Below, one piece after another: positions 47,384 through 57,014 of a stretch of 64,000 bases of DNA; positions within the stretch are counted from its first letter, which is position 1, and the number at the start of each line of letters is the position of its first letter. The notes below the pieces were generated by a model. The model did not search any database. It had not been told where the DNA came from and worked only from the letters and a program-made list of their open reading frames with translations. Made by a program: the position numbers and the translations under genes. The stretch is taken from IMG/VR virus record IMGVR_UViG_3300030102_007788, positions 32,001-96,000 of that record; one strand, 5' to 3'. This DNA comes from a virus.

Positions 47384-49305
47384 TGAAGAAGCTTTTATTT
47401 CAAACTGATTCTAGTTTAGCTAAGACGGGCTTTGGCAGAAATGCTAAGGCCCTCTTGTCTTATCTATATAAAACAAAAAAATATGAAATAGTACAGTATT
47501 GCTGTGGGACTGACTACTCAAACGCTGCACTCAAAGCTACTCCGTGGAAGTCGATTGGCACTCTCCCTGACGATCCCGCAGAGAGGCAAAGAGTTGGACA
47601 GGATGCTGGACAAGCTCGCCTAGCAAGCTATGGCGGCTATCTTATTGATAAAGTCATCAAAGAGGAAAAGCCGGATTTTTATTTTGGGGTTCAGGATATT
47701 TGGGGTACAGAATTTGCAATTGATAAACCTTGGTTTAATAAAATAAATTCAGTTATTTGGACGACCCTAGACTCCCTACCTATCCTTCCGTCAGCGATAC
47801 AAAATGCTTCAAAAATAGAAAATTATTGGATTTGGAGCTCTTTTGCTACGAAGGCTCTTCACGAACTAGGTCATAAACATGTTAAAACAATGCACGGATG
47901 CATTGATGCCTCCAGCTTTTATAGATTTGATGACGATTCAAGAAAACTACTCAGAAAAAATCACAACATAGAAGAAGATGCTTTTATAATTGGTTTTGTT
48001 TTCAGGAATCAGTTAAGAAAATCTGTCCCCAATCTGTTAGAGGGGTACGCAAGATGGAAAAAAGAAAATAATCCATCTCGCAAAACATATCTTTTACTGC
48101 ATACGTACTGGAAGGAAGGTTGGAATATCCACTCTCTCGCTAAAGAATACGGTATTCCCCGTGAAGAGATTTTAACCACTTACGTTTGCAAAAAATGCTC
48201 CGGTTATCAAATTAAACCTTACAGCGGGGAGGATCAACAATGCCCTGCTTGCCACCCTGAAAAATCGCAAGTTACTACTAGCGTAGGCTTCGGCATTACA
48301 GAAGAACAGCTCAATGAAGTATACAACCTAATGGACGTATACTGCCATCCGTTCACTAGCGGTGGCCAAGAAATTCCTATCCAAGAAGCAAAGCTAACAG
48401 AGTTGATAACCCTAGTTACAGATTATAGTTGCGGAGAAGAAAGCTGCGAAGAAGGATCTGGCTCTATACCTTTAAACTGGACTGAGTATAGAGAGCATCA
48501 GACAGAATTCAGAAAAGCTTCTACATGCCCTATATCAATCGCATCTAGCATAGATACAGTATACAATATGCCCAAAGAAGAAGCTGAAGCTCAAGGCGAA
48601 GCTTCTAGAAAGTGGGCTATAGAAAACTTCTCAGTTGAGTCAGTAGGTAAAAAATTTGAAGAGTTCATAGACAACACTCCTTCTAAAAATTACGACTTCA
48701 AAGACGAGGATCCTGAAAAGCAAAAGCGAAATTTTCCAGACGCCATCATTCCTCACGTCGAGAGTGATTCTGAATGGGTTCTCTCCCTATACAAACTCAT
48801 TCTTAATACAGATAATCACGTAAATGATGAAGGTTATAAGACTTGGATGAACTCCCTTGGGAATAAAGTCCCTAGGTCTCAGGTAGAAGAATATTTCAGA
48901 AAGGTAGCGAAAGAGCATAACGCAAAATATTTCCCAGTTAAGATAGAGGATTACCTAGATGAAGATGACGCTGGCAAAAGAATTTTGTATGTTATGCCCG
49001 AATCTCAGGTAGATGTGTTTTTATCTACAGCTTTGTTTAAGTCTATTAAAACCAAGTACCCTGAATATAATTTATACGTGTCAACTAAGCCTGAAAATAT
49101 TTCTATACTGTTAGGGAACGAGCATGTTCACGCAACTATTCCATACAACGCTCAGTTTGACAACACTTTATACCTAGAGGGTATCGGTGGAGAGAATGGC
49201 CTTTTTGAAATAGCTTTCACTCCCCACTTAACCACACAAAGAGTCAGCAACTATATCCACAACGATAAAGACATTATAAACAAAAAAGAGCTATGCACAT
49301 TTTAG
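47383..49305 (+). CDS. Multidomain GT4 glycosyltransferase with Zn ribbon, DUF4214-like segment and GT9-like C-terminus
   Basis: TGFGR, RNQLRK, SGGQEIPIQEA; CKKC..CPAC; SLYKLIL...EGYKTW; DVFLSTALFKSIKTKYP. Confidence 0.8.
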   Translation: MKKLLFQTDSSLAKTGFGRNAKALLSYLYKTKKYEIVQYCCGTDYSNAALKATPWKSIGTLPDDPAERQRVGQDAGQARLASYGGYLIDKVIKEEKPDFYFGVQDIWGTEFAIDKPWFNKINSVIWTTLDSLPILPSAIQNASKIENYWIWSSFATKALHELGHKHVKTMHGCIDASSFYRFDDDSRKLLRKNHNIEEDAFIIGFVFRNQLRKSVPNLLEGYARWKKENNPSRKTYLLLHTYWKEGWNIHSLAKEYGIPREEILTTYVCKKCSGYQIKPYSGEDQQCPACHPEKSQVTTSVGFGITEEQLNEVYNLMDVYCHPFTSGGQEIPIQEAKLTELITLVTDYSCGEESCEEGSGSIPLNWTEYREHQTEFRKASTCPISIASSIDTVYNMPKEEAEAQGEASRKWAIENFSVESVGKKFEEFIDNTPSKNYDFKDEDPEKQKRNFPDAIIPHVESDSEWVLSLYKLILNTDNHVNDEGYKTWMNSLGNKVPRSQVEEYFRKVAKEHNAKYFPVKIEDYLDEDDAGKRILYVMPESQVDVFLSTALFKSIKTKYPEYNLYVSTKPENISILLGNEHVHATIPYNAQFDNTLYLEGIGGENGLFEIAFTPHLTTQRVSNYIHNDKDIINKKELCTF

Positions 49306-50486
49306 AGTCTTATGCTTTACAGAATGATCTTAAAATAGATCGACCAAACGTATACGAGAAGTATTTCCCTTTAGCTGTAGATAAATTTATTACCCTAGAC
49401 TCCTCATGTCTTCAAACTGGGGCAATGCAGTATGACCACTGGAATTTGGTAACAGAATATTTAACGCCTCGATTACAAAAACATGGGATTACAATCCTTC
49501 AGCTAGGTTCTAAAAACTGCCAGCCTATACACGGCTGCTACCAAGCTACTGGCCAGTGCGACTTTAATCAGCAAAGCTATATTATAAAAAGGTCACTGTT
49601 GCACCTAAGTACAAATAACGAGTCGTCTCATGTAGCTTCCTCATACGGCAAGAAATTAGTCACGCTTTTTCCTTACAATTGTTATATAGGTCAATTTAAA
49701 CCTTACTGGTCTGAAGAGAATGATATCACCCTGCTGCAAGGAAAGGGGCAGCACAATAAGCCTTCTTTTAACCCTTCAGAAAACCCCAAATCTATTAATA
49801 GCATAAAACCTGACGAGGTAGCAAAAGCAGTTCTTAAAAAACTAAATATTTATGATGAAAATGACCCTGCATGGCAATATAACATATTAAAAATTGGGCC
49901 TTCTTTAAACAGGAGAAGAATAGAATCTAATTTATCCCATATAGTTGATTGTAGCAAGCTGGGTGTCAGCTCCATCATTCTAAGAATGGACTTGAACCAC
50001 AATGAAGAGAACTTAGTCGAGCAGTTGAAAGTATCACCCTGTTCAATCATAACCAGTAAAGCAATTAGTGAATCAATTATAGATACATATTCCAAAAAAA
50101 TACTTGAAGTTGTATATTACATAACAGATGATCACGACCCAAGTTTTATTAAAAAGCTGAAGTCTAAGTCCATTAACTTTGTTTTAAGAAGCAGGAGAAC
50201 AGAAAACGAAATAAATGATATCAAAATTGACTACATGGATTACGGATTAATTCACGCCATCTCCCCAAGAAGCCAAAAGGATTTTGAGGAATTAAAAGAT
50301 AAAGATAATTTATATTATAAATCTAATTATTATATCATTCATAATGGTAAATTTTACCCTAGCACCGCCGCGCTGCTTCGCCTTACTCACGGTATGGAAA
50401 CTTTTGAGCAAAAGCCTCAGCCGATTATCGACGACCCTTTGTTTTGGGAAGATATTGATCATTTTCAAATAATGCAAAAAAAATAG
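49293..50486 (+). CDS. GT9-like C-terminal-lobe protein
   Basis: ILQLG...IKRSLLHLSTNNESSHVASSYGKKLVTLF...INSIKPDEV. Confidence 0.6.
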   Translation: MHILESYALQNDLKIDRPNVYEKYFPLAVDKFITLDSSCLQTGAMQYDHWNLVTEYLTPRLQKHGITILQLGSKNCQPIHGCYQATGQCDFNQQSYIIKRSLLHLSTNNESSHVASSYGKKLVTLFPYNCYIGQFKPYWSEENDITLLQGKGQHNKPSFNPSENPKSINSIKPDEVAKAVLKKLNIYDENDPAWQYNILKIGPSLNRRRIESNLSHIVDCSKLGVSSIILRMDLNHNEENLVEQLKVSPCSIITSKAISESIIDTYSKKILEVVYYITDDHDPSFIKKLKSKSINFVLRSRRTENEINDIKIDYMDYGLIHAISPRSQKDFEELKDKDNLYYKSNYYIIHNGKFYPSTAALLRLTHGMETFEQKPQPIIDDPLFWEDIDHFQIMQKK

Positions 50487-50515
50487 TTGACTTAGCTCCC
50501 TGTCTCTAATAAAGT
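50487..50515 (+). promoter_or_regulatory. CCTG-spacer promoter
   Basis: TTGACT-TAGCTC-CCTG-TCTCTAA-TAAAGT. Confidence 0.75.
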
Positions 50516-50525
50516 CATCTCTCTT

Positions 50526-51236
50526 ATGGCAAACACAAATAAGCCTCCCGTAGATTTCAAGCGTAACCAGTACGGTCTTCTAGAAGATAAAAATATAAAA
50601 TATGAATTTAGTGAAGATGGTACGGTAAACTGGCGCAAAATGATCAAGACTGAGTTCCTTGTAGCAAACAGGGAACTTACCGATGAAACAGATGTCTCCA
50701 AGTTAGAAGATAGAGAGCTGATCATTCTACTTGGAGGGCTGAAAGATTTGGCTGCCATACGCGGGTATACCTCAGTAGAGTATAAGATTCACGAAGCATC
50801 AACAGAATACGTATGTGCTTCATGTAGAATAACTTGGGTTCCTAATTACGAAACAGAAGGTGACGACCCTATTGTATTTGAAGCTATTGCTGATGCAAAC
50901 CTCAACAATACCGAAGGATTCAGTCAGATGTATTTAGCTGCGATTGCAGAGAATAGGGCGTTTTGTCGAGCTGTTCGTAATTTCTTACGCATCAACATCG
51001 TAGCTAAAGAGGAATGTAAATCTGTTCGGATTGCAAAGCCAAACCCCAAGAAAAACTCTGCTTCTCCAGAAATATTTTTGACCAACCTTATGAAAGATAA
51101 GAAGATAGATTTTGAAGCTATCAAAGGTAAGATGGTTAAGGAGTCGGTTGACGGCGCTTCAGATTGGGAAACAGTTAAAGATATTCCTCGTTTGAAGATG
51201 TTTGAGATTATAGAGAGAATTCAGAAGAAGAAATGA
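50526..51236 (+). CDS. Putative single-strand annealing protein
   Basis: GLKDLA..RG...AIAENRAFCRAVRNFL pattern resembling Rad52/RecT-like phage annealases. Confidence 0.5.
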   Translation: MANTNKPPVDFKRNQYGLLEDKNIKYEFSEDGTVNWRKMIKTEFLVANRELTDETDVSKLEDRELIILLGGLKDLAAIRGYTSVEYKIHEASTEYVCASCRITWVPNYETEGDDPIVFEAIADANLNNTEGFSQMYLAAIAENRAFCRAVRNFLRINIVAKEECKSVRIAKPNPKKNSASPEIFLTNLMKDKKIDFEAIKGKMVKESVDGASDWETVKDIPRLKMFEIIERIQKKK

Positions 51237-51589
51237 GTAAACCCGTTAATGTTAAAAAGGTTGAAAAGCCTTGGGGTAAGGAGTTTTGGTTAGCCAACAA
51301 CAAAGACCATGATTACTGTGGTAAAATTTTAATAATTAATCCCGGCTCTGGTACGTCTCTTCATTTCCACTCCAAGAAACATGAGACTTTTTATATACTG
51401 GAAGGTTCTCTTGAGCTTACGCTGATTGATACTGAGACCACAGAGGAACACACTGTTTGTATGGAGGAAGGGAATGCTTTTGAGCTGTCTCAGAACGTCC
51501 CTCACCGGCTAGAATCTGGAGAAGGAGCAAAGATCATAGAGATAAGCACCTTCCACGAAGATAGCGATAGCTACCGTGTTCTAAAATGA
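51233..51589 (+). CDS. Cupin (mannose-6-phosphate isomerase-like)
   Basis: VEKPWG, SLHFH..KHETF, PHRL. Confidence 0.85.
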   Translation: MSKPVNVKKVEKPWGKEFWLANNKDHDYCGKILIINPGSGTSLHFHSKKHETFYILEGSLELTLIDTETTEEHTVCMEEGNAFELSQNVPHRLESGEGAKIIEISTFHEDSDSYRVLK

Positions 51590-52008
51590 AATTGGCAATA
51601 GTTAGCGGCGGGTTTGACCCAGTGCATATAGGTCATCTTGAGTTATTCGAGAAAGCTAAATCAATGGCAGACTCTTTGTATGTCATTATCAATAGCGACA
51701 AATTTCTTGAGAGAAAAAAGGGCAAACCTTTTATGAACTTCAGAGAAAGGTCTACTATTGTCCAAGCCTTGAAACCTGTTAACATGATTATTGGCAGTAT
51801 CGATGTGGATGATACGGTATGTAAAACTTTGAAGTGGGTACATGGTATGTACAAACAAAGATATAGTGAAATAATGTTTTGCAACGGTGGAGACCGAACA
51901 GGCGGCACAAATACCCCAGAGCATGAGTTATGTCAGGAGTTGGGTATTGAAACTGTTTACGGACTCGGCGAAAAAGTACAGAGCAGTAGTTGGCTGTTAA
52001 AGAAATGA
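51586..52008 (+). CDS. Cytidylyl/adenylyltransferase (HIGH family)
   Basis: SGGFDPVHIGH, NGGDR, QSSS. Confidence 0.88.
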   Translation: MKLAIVSGGFDPVHIGHLELFEKAKSMADSLYVIINSDKFLERKKGKPFMNFRERSTIVQALKPVNMIIGSIDVDDTVCKTLKWVHGMYKQRYSEIMFCNGGDRTGGTNTPEHELCQELGIETVYGLGEKVQSSSWLLKK

Positions 52009-52757
52009 AAACGTTTATATTATTCATGGTGGCTTCCGTCGCTGCTTTCGCGCAGACAGCGGAAGATAGATCAATCGTTTCCTTTACAAACGAATACATT
52101 CCTGAGCTTGATGAAAGGGTACTGACTCGCGAAGAAATTTGGGAAGAGCCTAAAGGAAAAGAATATTACCCCATCAACGATATCATTACAAAGAAAACCT
52201 TATTTATACCTGTCACAGGGGCAAATAAAGCTTTTTATCAATCTCTAAATTATTACAACAGAAATCTTTTTATGGCGCTAAGAAAAGCTGCTGAAAAAGC
52301 CAGAGAAGATAAAAAAACGATGTATGTTAATATTGTAGGCGGGCAGGGGATTCCTGCTCATACATTTGGAGGCAGAAACAATACATATAAAGCCTCTGAA
52401 TATACAGAAGGGCAATGGACTGTTCTTGGAATAAGCCCAAAAGGTGATCTAGTAAAAGATCATTACCAACATGGAGAGTATGGTAAGCTGGGCCGTGATG
52501 GCATCTCTTACGAGCATGCTATAAAAACATTCAAAGCCACCGCTCTACGTAAAGCCGCGGAGAGAGCTGAGAAAAATGACGAGGAAAATGACTGGCATGT
52601 TATATTTGATTTAGGCGATCAAGTATCCCAAACTTATATATTTAAAACTTTTTCTGAGTATGAGGAATTTTACAATTTAACTCGATTATATGAACAAGAT
52701 AAAAGTTCATACGAGGTAAAGAAGGTCAAGGCGTCAAAACCTTTAACTGAAAAATAG
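52005..52757 (+). CDS. Secreted hypothetical protein
   Basis: Signal peptide MKTFILFMVASVAAFA; internal repeat ALRKAAE(K/R)A. Confidence 0.65.
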   Translation: MKTFILFMVASVAAFAQTAEDRSIVSFTNEYIPELDERVLTREEIWEEPKGKEYYPINDIITKKTLFIPVTGANKAFYQSLNYYNRNLFMALRKAAEKAREDKKTMYVNIVGGQGIPAHTFGGRNNTYKASEYTEGQWTVLGISPKGDLVKDHYQHGEYGKLGRDGISYEHAIKTFKATALRKAAERAEKNDEENDWHVIFDLGDQVSQTYIFKTFSEYEEFYNLTRLYEQDKSSYEVKKVKASKPLTEK

Positions 52758-52764
52758 CCTTGAA

Positions 52765-53364
52765 ATGAACTCTGTCAAATTAGACAAACAGGTTCTAAAA
52801 AACTTAGTTTCGTTAGGTAAAAAACGTCACGAAGCTAAAGATATTTCTTTTCGTAATCACAGCAAGCATGGAAGATTTCGCAAATACAAAGGTGATAGCG
52901 ATGTTACTATTTATGATTTAACAGTTACAAAACGTCATATCCCTCACATCGCTGGCGTTATAGGTGAGTTCGCCTACGGCAAACTTATAGGAGAAGATGT
53001 AGATCGAAAAATATACTCCGTTAGGGATGACGGGGTAGACTTCAAAAACGGAGCAGAGGTAAAGACTTCAACGTTCTATACAGGCTCCTTTGGCCAGACC
53101 GAGCTTAAAATACCTAAAAGGGAATATATCGAAAGAAGCCCTAGCCTTTACGTGCTTGCTCGATTGAATTCTAAACTATTACTTAAATCTCCCAACGAAA
53201 TGATTGTTGACATTTTGGGTCAAATCTCTAATAATAAGTTTGATTCTTTGAAACAAGAGAAGCAATACATTGAGGGTGGCCCAATTAACTATGTCGTAAA
53301 ACAAAGCGACCTCGACCCCGTAAAAGTGGTTGAGAAACCTTGGTTTTTTGACCTTTGGAATTAA
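52765..53364 (+). CDS. Hypothetical PD-(D/E)XK-like protein
   Basis: GEFAY...DDGVDF...EVKT. Confidence 0.5.
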   Translation: MNSVKLDKQVLKNLVSLGKKRHEAKDISFRNHSKHGRFRKYKGDSDVTIYDLTVTKRHIPHIAGVIGEFAYGKLIGEDVDRKIYSVRDDGVDFKNGAEVKTSTFYTGSFGQTELKIPKREYIERSPSLYVLARLNSKLLLKSPNEMIVDILGQISNNKFDSLKQEKQYIEGGPINYVVKQSDLDPVKVVEKPWFFDLWN

Positions 53365-53373
53365 TTACGCTTT

Positions 53374-53865
53374 ATGGGAATGTTTGATGAAATAAAAGTA
53401 CCTAAGTCCTATTTAAAAGGACTCCTGACAAAAGACCAAGAGAAACTCCTTAGTGGTAATAATTACCAGACTAAATCTTTTGAAAACTTTTTGGGGCAAT
53501 ATAAAATTTATAGACAGAGATTGTATTTTAAAGATGCCGAGTGCTCTAAAGAGGAAAAGTGGGTAAGGACTTCGCATAGCGGAAAAGTTAATTTTTATAA
53601 CTCTATGACTGACCAAGATGGAAATGAATGGTGGGCTGAGTTTGGTTTTTTATTTAAAGATGGGGTTTTAGATAAAAAAGAGGTAGTTAAATTTGAGATG
53701 ATGGAAACCGCTGAAGAGGCAAAGAGAAAAGCAGAGAGATTTCTGCAAACCTCAAAGGAGCAAGACGCTATTCGAGCCACGTTTAAGTATAAGTTTTTCA
53801 ATTGCCTGAGTAGATTTTTTTATAAATTTTATTCGTGGAGTCAAAAAAAGATAACTTTTAGGTGA
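53374..53865 (+). CDS. Hypothetical phage protein
   Basis: MGMFD...YQTKS pattern. Confidence 0.6.
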   Translation: MGMFDEIKVPKSYLKGLLTKDQEKLLSGNNYQTKSFENFLGQYKIYRQRLYFKDAECSKEEKWVRTSHSGKVNFYNSMTDQDGNEWWAEFGFLFKDGVLDKKEVVKFEMMETAEEAKRKAERFLQTSKEQDAIRATFKYKFFNCLSRFFYKFYSWSQKKITFR

Positions 53866-53901
53866 GGTAAGTTCAAACACCTAAATCTCTAGTTAAATAT
53901 T

Positions 53902-54144
53902 ATGAAATCATTCATTAACTTCGAGTATATGATTACTCCGGGAATCTTAAAGATTCTTTGTTATATTGGGGCAGTAGTTACTGTCGTTATGGGAATTTTT
54001 GCGCTTTTCTCGGGAGCTTCCGATGCGGCGACAGCCGGAATTAGCTTGATGGTTTTGGGGCCAATAGCTTGCCGTATTTATACAGAGCTGTTGTTGGTCA
54101 TCTTTGAAATCCATAAGACTCTCAAAGAAATACGAGATAAGTAA
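53902..54144 (+). CDS. DUF4282-like membrane protein
   Basis: F..MITP.ILK...RIYTELLLVIFEI; two transmembrane helices. Confidence 0.75.
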   Translation: MKSFINFEYMITPGILKILCYIGAVVTVVMGIFALFSGASDAATAGISLMVLGPIACRIYTELLLVIFEIHKTLKEIRDK

Positions 54145-54161
54145 TAGGGGTGTGAATCTCC

Positions 54162-54237
54162 GCCCCGATGGCCGAAAGGATAAGGCAACAGCCTTCTAAG
54201 CTGTAGATTCTAGGTTCGAATCCTAGTCGGGGTACCA
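54162..54237 (+). tRNA. tRNA-Arg (TCT)
   Basis: GCCCCGA/TCGGGGT acceptor stem, ACAGC-CTTCTAA-GCTGT anticodon arm, TTCGAAT T loop, encoded CCA. Confidence 0.95.
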
Positions 54238-54325
54238 TTTTGAATTTATTTGTTTTACTGCTAAAAAACTACTGGAAATTTAAATTTAAAAATTTATTTT
54301 TTAAAGAGCGGTGTAATTGCAAAGT

Positions 54326-54445
54326 ATGTGTGACTGCTCCGAATGCAAAAAAGGGTTTGAAGAAATAGACCTTATTTGGGTGCAGGTAAAGAAAGAACTT
54401 TTATTACTCTGTAAGGAGTGCTACAAAAAATTATATGAACGTTAA
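54326..54445 (+). CDS. 39-aa zinc-finger microprotein
   Basis: MCDCSECKKG...LCKECYKK; GTGTAA upstream; overlaps the thyX start. Confidence 0.55.
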   Translation: MCDCSECKKGFEEIDLIWVQVKKELLLLCKECYKKLYER

Positions 54446-55076
54446 GCTTATTTCATTATCTCAACCGCATGATAGCAGTATGAGTTGTGAAGATTTGATT
54501 GCTTACTGCGCTAGAGTTAGCAACCCATCTAATCAGAACAACACCGCAACAGCCCCAAAACTGTTGAAGTATTTGATCAAACACCGTCATTGGTCTCCTT
54601 TCGAGATGGTAAGCATGACTCTCGAAATAAAAACTAGCAGAGCTATCGCTGCGCAAATTTTAAGGCATCGCAGTTTTAGCTTTCAAGAGTTTAGCCAAAG
54701 ATATTCTGAAGCTCAAACTTTAGAACCTGTGGAAATAAGGAAGCAGGCTGAAAAAAATCGCCAGAGTAGTGTTGATGGATTTCAGGATTCTTATTTACTT
54801 TCCAGAGTAAGAGAACATACCGCAAAAGGCATTTCATTATACAAAGAGTTGGTGGCAGCAGGAGCGGCAAAAGAGTCGGCAAGAATGATTCTACCGCTTA
54901 CCACTGAAACAACAATGTATATGGGAGGAACTATTAGATCTTGGGTGCATTATATAGATTTACGGTCACAAGAGGACACACAGAAAGAGCACAGAGAAAT
55001 AGCTTTAGCATGCAGGGATATTTTTTGCGAGAACTTCCCTAACATTTCTGAAGCGTTGGAGTGGAAAAGTGTGTAA
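54435..55076 (+). CDS. thyX: Flavin-dependent thymidylate synthase
   Basis: HWSPFE, RHRSFSFQEFSQRY. Confidence 0.97.
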   Translation: MNVKLISLSQPHDSSMSCEDLIAYCARVSNPSNQNNTATAPKLLKYLIKHRHWSPFEMVSMTLEIKTSRAIAAQILRHRSFSFQEFSQRYSEAQTLEPVEIRKQAEKNRQSSVDGFQDSYLLSRVREHTAKGISLYKELVAAGAAKESARMILPLTTETTMYMGGTIRSWVHYIDLRSQEDTQKEHREIALACRDIFCENFPNISEALEWKSV

Positions 55077-55085
55077 TTTTAGAAA

Positions 55086-56261
55086 ATGATTGTTGATTTC
55101 ACATCTCAAATTATAGCGGAAAAAGAGAATAAGACTCTTAACAAGCCTTTTCGTACCCCCGGCGGCCCTAAAAAGTTTTCAGTTTATGTTAAAAATGAGA
55201 AGGGCAACGTTGTAAAAGTTAATTTTGGCGACCCAAATATGGAGATCAAGCGCGACGACCCTAACCGACGTAAGAATTTTCGTGCTCGTCATAACTGCGA
55301 CAACCCCGGCCCAAAAACAAAAGCTCGCTATTGGTCTTGTAAAATGTGGAGCAAGAAGAGCGTTACCCAGATGACTAAAGGCTCACATCCGGGGTATGAT
55401 TGGGACGGTGAAACTATTTTTGATTTAGATGAGATCCTTACAATTAACCCAGCTCTTGCTTTAATAGACGACCCAGAGGAGGAGGAAAATGAAGAAGGCT
55501 GCGACTGTAATACTGATTGTGGATGTGAAGAGGCTGAAGCGGCTCACGACATGTCTAAGTATAGCTTTAATAACCCCGGTGAGGCTATGAAAAAAGCCAA
55601 AGAAATGGGGTTTGACGATATTCACACTCACGGCGATGGGGATGATACAGTTTTTATGCCGGGGCCAAGCCATGAAGCTTTAATGAAGAAACTGGAGTCT
55701 AAAGGTAGCTTGTGGAAAAACATACATAATAAAAGAGAAAGAATTAAAAAAGGCTCTGGAGAAAAAATGAGAAAGAAGGGGGATAAGGGCGCTCCAACTC
55801 CTGAGCAAATGAAAAAAGCCAAGAAGAAGAAGGTATACGCTGAGTACGACATGACTCTCGAAGAATATGATGAGGTTATGGATTTAGAGGATGCTGTTGC
55901 TGCAAGGCCGGGGCGCAAGTCAGGAGCTCAAACACCAGCCAAACCCAGCGAAAGAAAAAAGGGCTCTTCTAAAAACAAACCCGGCAGCGCAGGTAAGGGT
56001 GGGTCGGCAATCACATTTTCAGAAAAAGTTATTAACTCTCTCAAAAATAAAGTAAAAGAACATAATTCTAAAAGTAAGAAAAAAGTCACACTTGGTCAAC
56101 TGAAAAAGGTCTATAGAAGAGGAGCGGGGGCTTTCTCCCAATCCCATAGGCCCGGTATGACTAGGGGAGGGTGGGCCATGGCTCGCGTTAACATGTTCTT
56201 AAAAATGAAGCGAGGCGGGAAAGTTAAGGATTCTTACCGCAAAGCTGATGGAGATATCTAA
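55086..56261 (+). CDS. Modular basic phage protein (DUF6321-like N-terminal and DUF5824-like C-terminal modules)
   Basis: VNFGDPNM...FRARHNC...YWSC; LKKVYRRGAGA...WAMARVN. Confidence 0.6.
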   Translation: MIVDFTSQIIAEKENKTLNKPFRTPGGPKKFSVYVKNEKGNVVKVNFGDPNMEIKRDDPNRRKNFRARHNCDNPGPKTKARYWSCKMWSKKSVTQMTKGSHPGYDWDGETIFDLDEILTINPALALIDDPEEEENEEGCDCNTDCGCEEAEAAHDMSKYSFNNPGEAMKKAKEMGFDDIHTHGDGDDTVFMPGPSHEALMKKLESKGSLWKNIHNKRERIKKGSGEKMRKKGDKGAPTPEQMKKAKKKKVYAEYDMTLEEYDEVMDLEDAVAARPGRKSGAQTPAKPSERKKGSSKNKPGSAGKGGSAITFSEKVINSLKNKVKEHNSKSKKKVTLGQLKKVYRRGAGAFSQSHRPGMTRGGWAMARVNMFLKMKRGGKVKDSYRKADGDI

Positions 56262-56262
56262 T

Positions 56263-56409
56263 ATGTCTAGCAAAGAGCAAATTCAAGATATGATTGAGGA
56301 TTTATCCGGTTTAGATATTAGCCGCATGGGGGAAGAAGAGAGGGAAGAGGCGACTTATATTGTGAACGATATTATCATTTCTCTTGAAGAATTAATAGAT
56401 TTATTGTAG
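56263..56409 (+). CDS. Small acidic protein (48 aa)
   Basis: Hand-translated MSSKEQIQDMIEDLSG...; fills the gap. Confidence 0.5.
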   Translation: MSSKEQIQDMIEDLSGLDISRMGEEEREEATYIVNDIIISLEELIDLL

Positions 56410-56430
56410 TTTTCGAGGCACAATACTTAA

Positions 56431-56787
56431 ATGTATGAGTATAGTGCTGAAGTCCTCAGAATAGTTGACGGTGACACGGTTGATGTATTAATTGACTGTG
56501 GTTTTTCTACTTTCCGCAAAGAAAGGGTGCGTCTTTACGGTATAAACGCCCCTGAGAGCCGTACCAGAGACAAAGAAGAGAAGGTTAGGGGTCTAGCCGC
56601 CAAAGCGCGTTTAGAGGAGCTTATAAGCCTTACCTCGTCAAAAATTGTCATAAAGACGGAACTAGACAAGAAAGGTAAATATGGTCGAATACTTGGGGTG
56701 CTATGGGATGAGGATAAGAAGAAAAACTTTAATCAAATGCTTGTCTCAGAAGGGCATGCAGTAGAATATAACGGGGGCGAAAGATGA
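56431..56787 (+). CDS. Thermonuclease (SNase family)
   Basis: VDGDT, RLYGINAPE, KYGRILG. Confidence 0.92.
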   Translation: MYEYSAEVLRIVDGDTVDVLIDCGFSTFRKERVRLYGINAPESRTRDKEEKVRGLAAKARLEELISLTSSKIVIKTELDKKGKYGRILGVLWDEDKKKNFNQMLVSEGHAVEYNGGER

Positions 56788-57014
56788 CACCTGACTGCTT
56801 AGCGAAAAGAGTTTTTTTATGTTTCTTGTTGGTTATAATTTTTATTGGCTGCGCCGGATGCCATAGCGTTAAGTGGGAGTGGTTACCCCAAGGCAAAAAA
56901 TTAAAACTTAATAAAGAAGTCCCCCGTTTTTCAGACCCGCGACCTTTCATTAACGGGAGCGAAACAGGCGAGCCCACCCCCAAAGGAATAACTATTATTA
57001 AAGGCAGCTTTTAA
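56784..57014 (+). CDS. Putative lipoprotein or membrane protein
   Basis: Hydrophobic stretch ending in AGC. Confidence 0.5.
   Translation: MTPDCLAKRVFLCFLLVIIFIGCAGCHSVKWEWLPQGKKLKLNKEVPRFSDPRPFINGSETGEPTPKGITIIKGSF

Noticed and set aside
48241-48255. CPACH as a heme c site in the GT4 protein
   Set aside because: Cytoplasmic protein; pairs with upstream CKKC as a zinc ribbon
20560-55076. Thymidine replacement or hypermodified-base pathway
   Set aside because: dut, dCMP deaminase, ThyX and dNMP kinase form a normal dTTP route and no hydroxymethylase is recognisable; DNA glycosylation cannot be fully excluded
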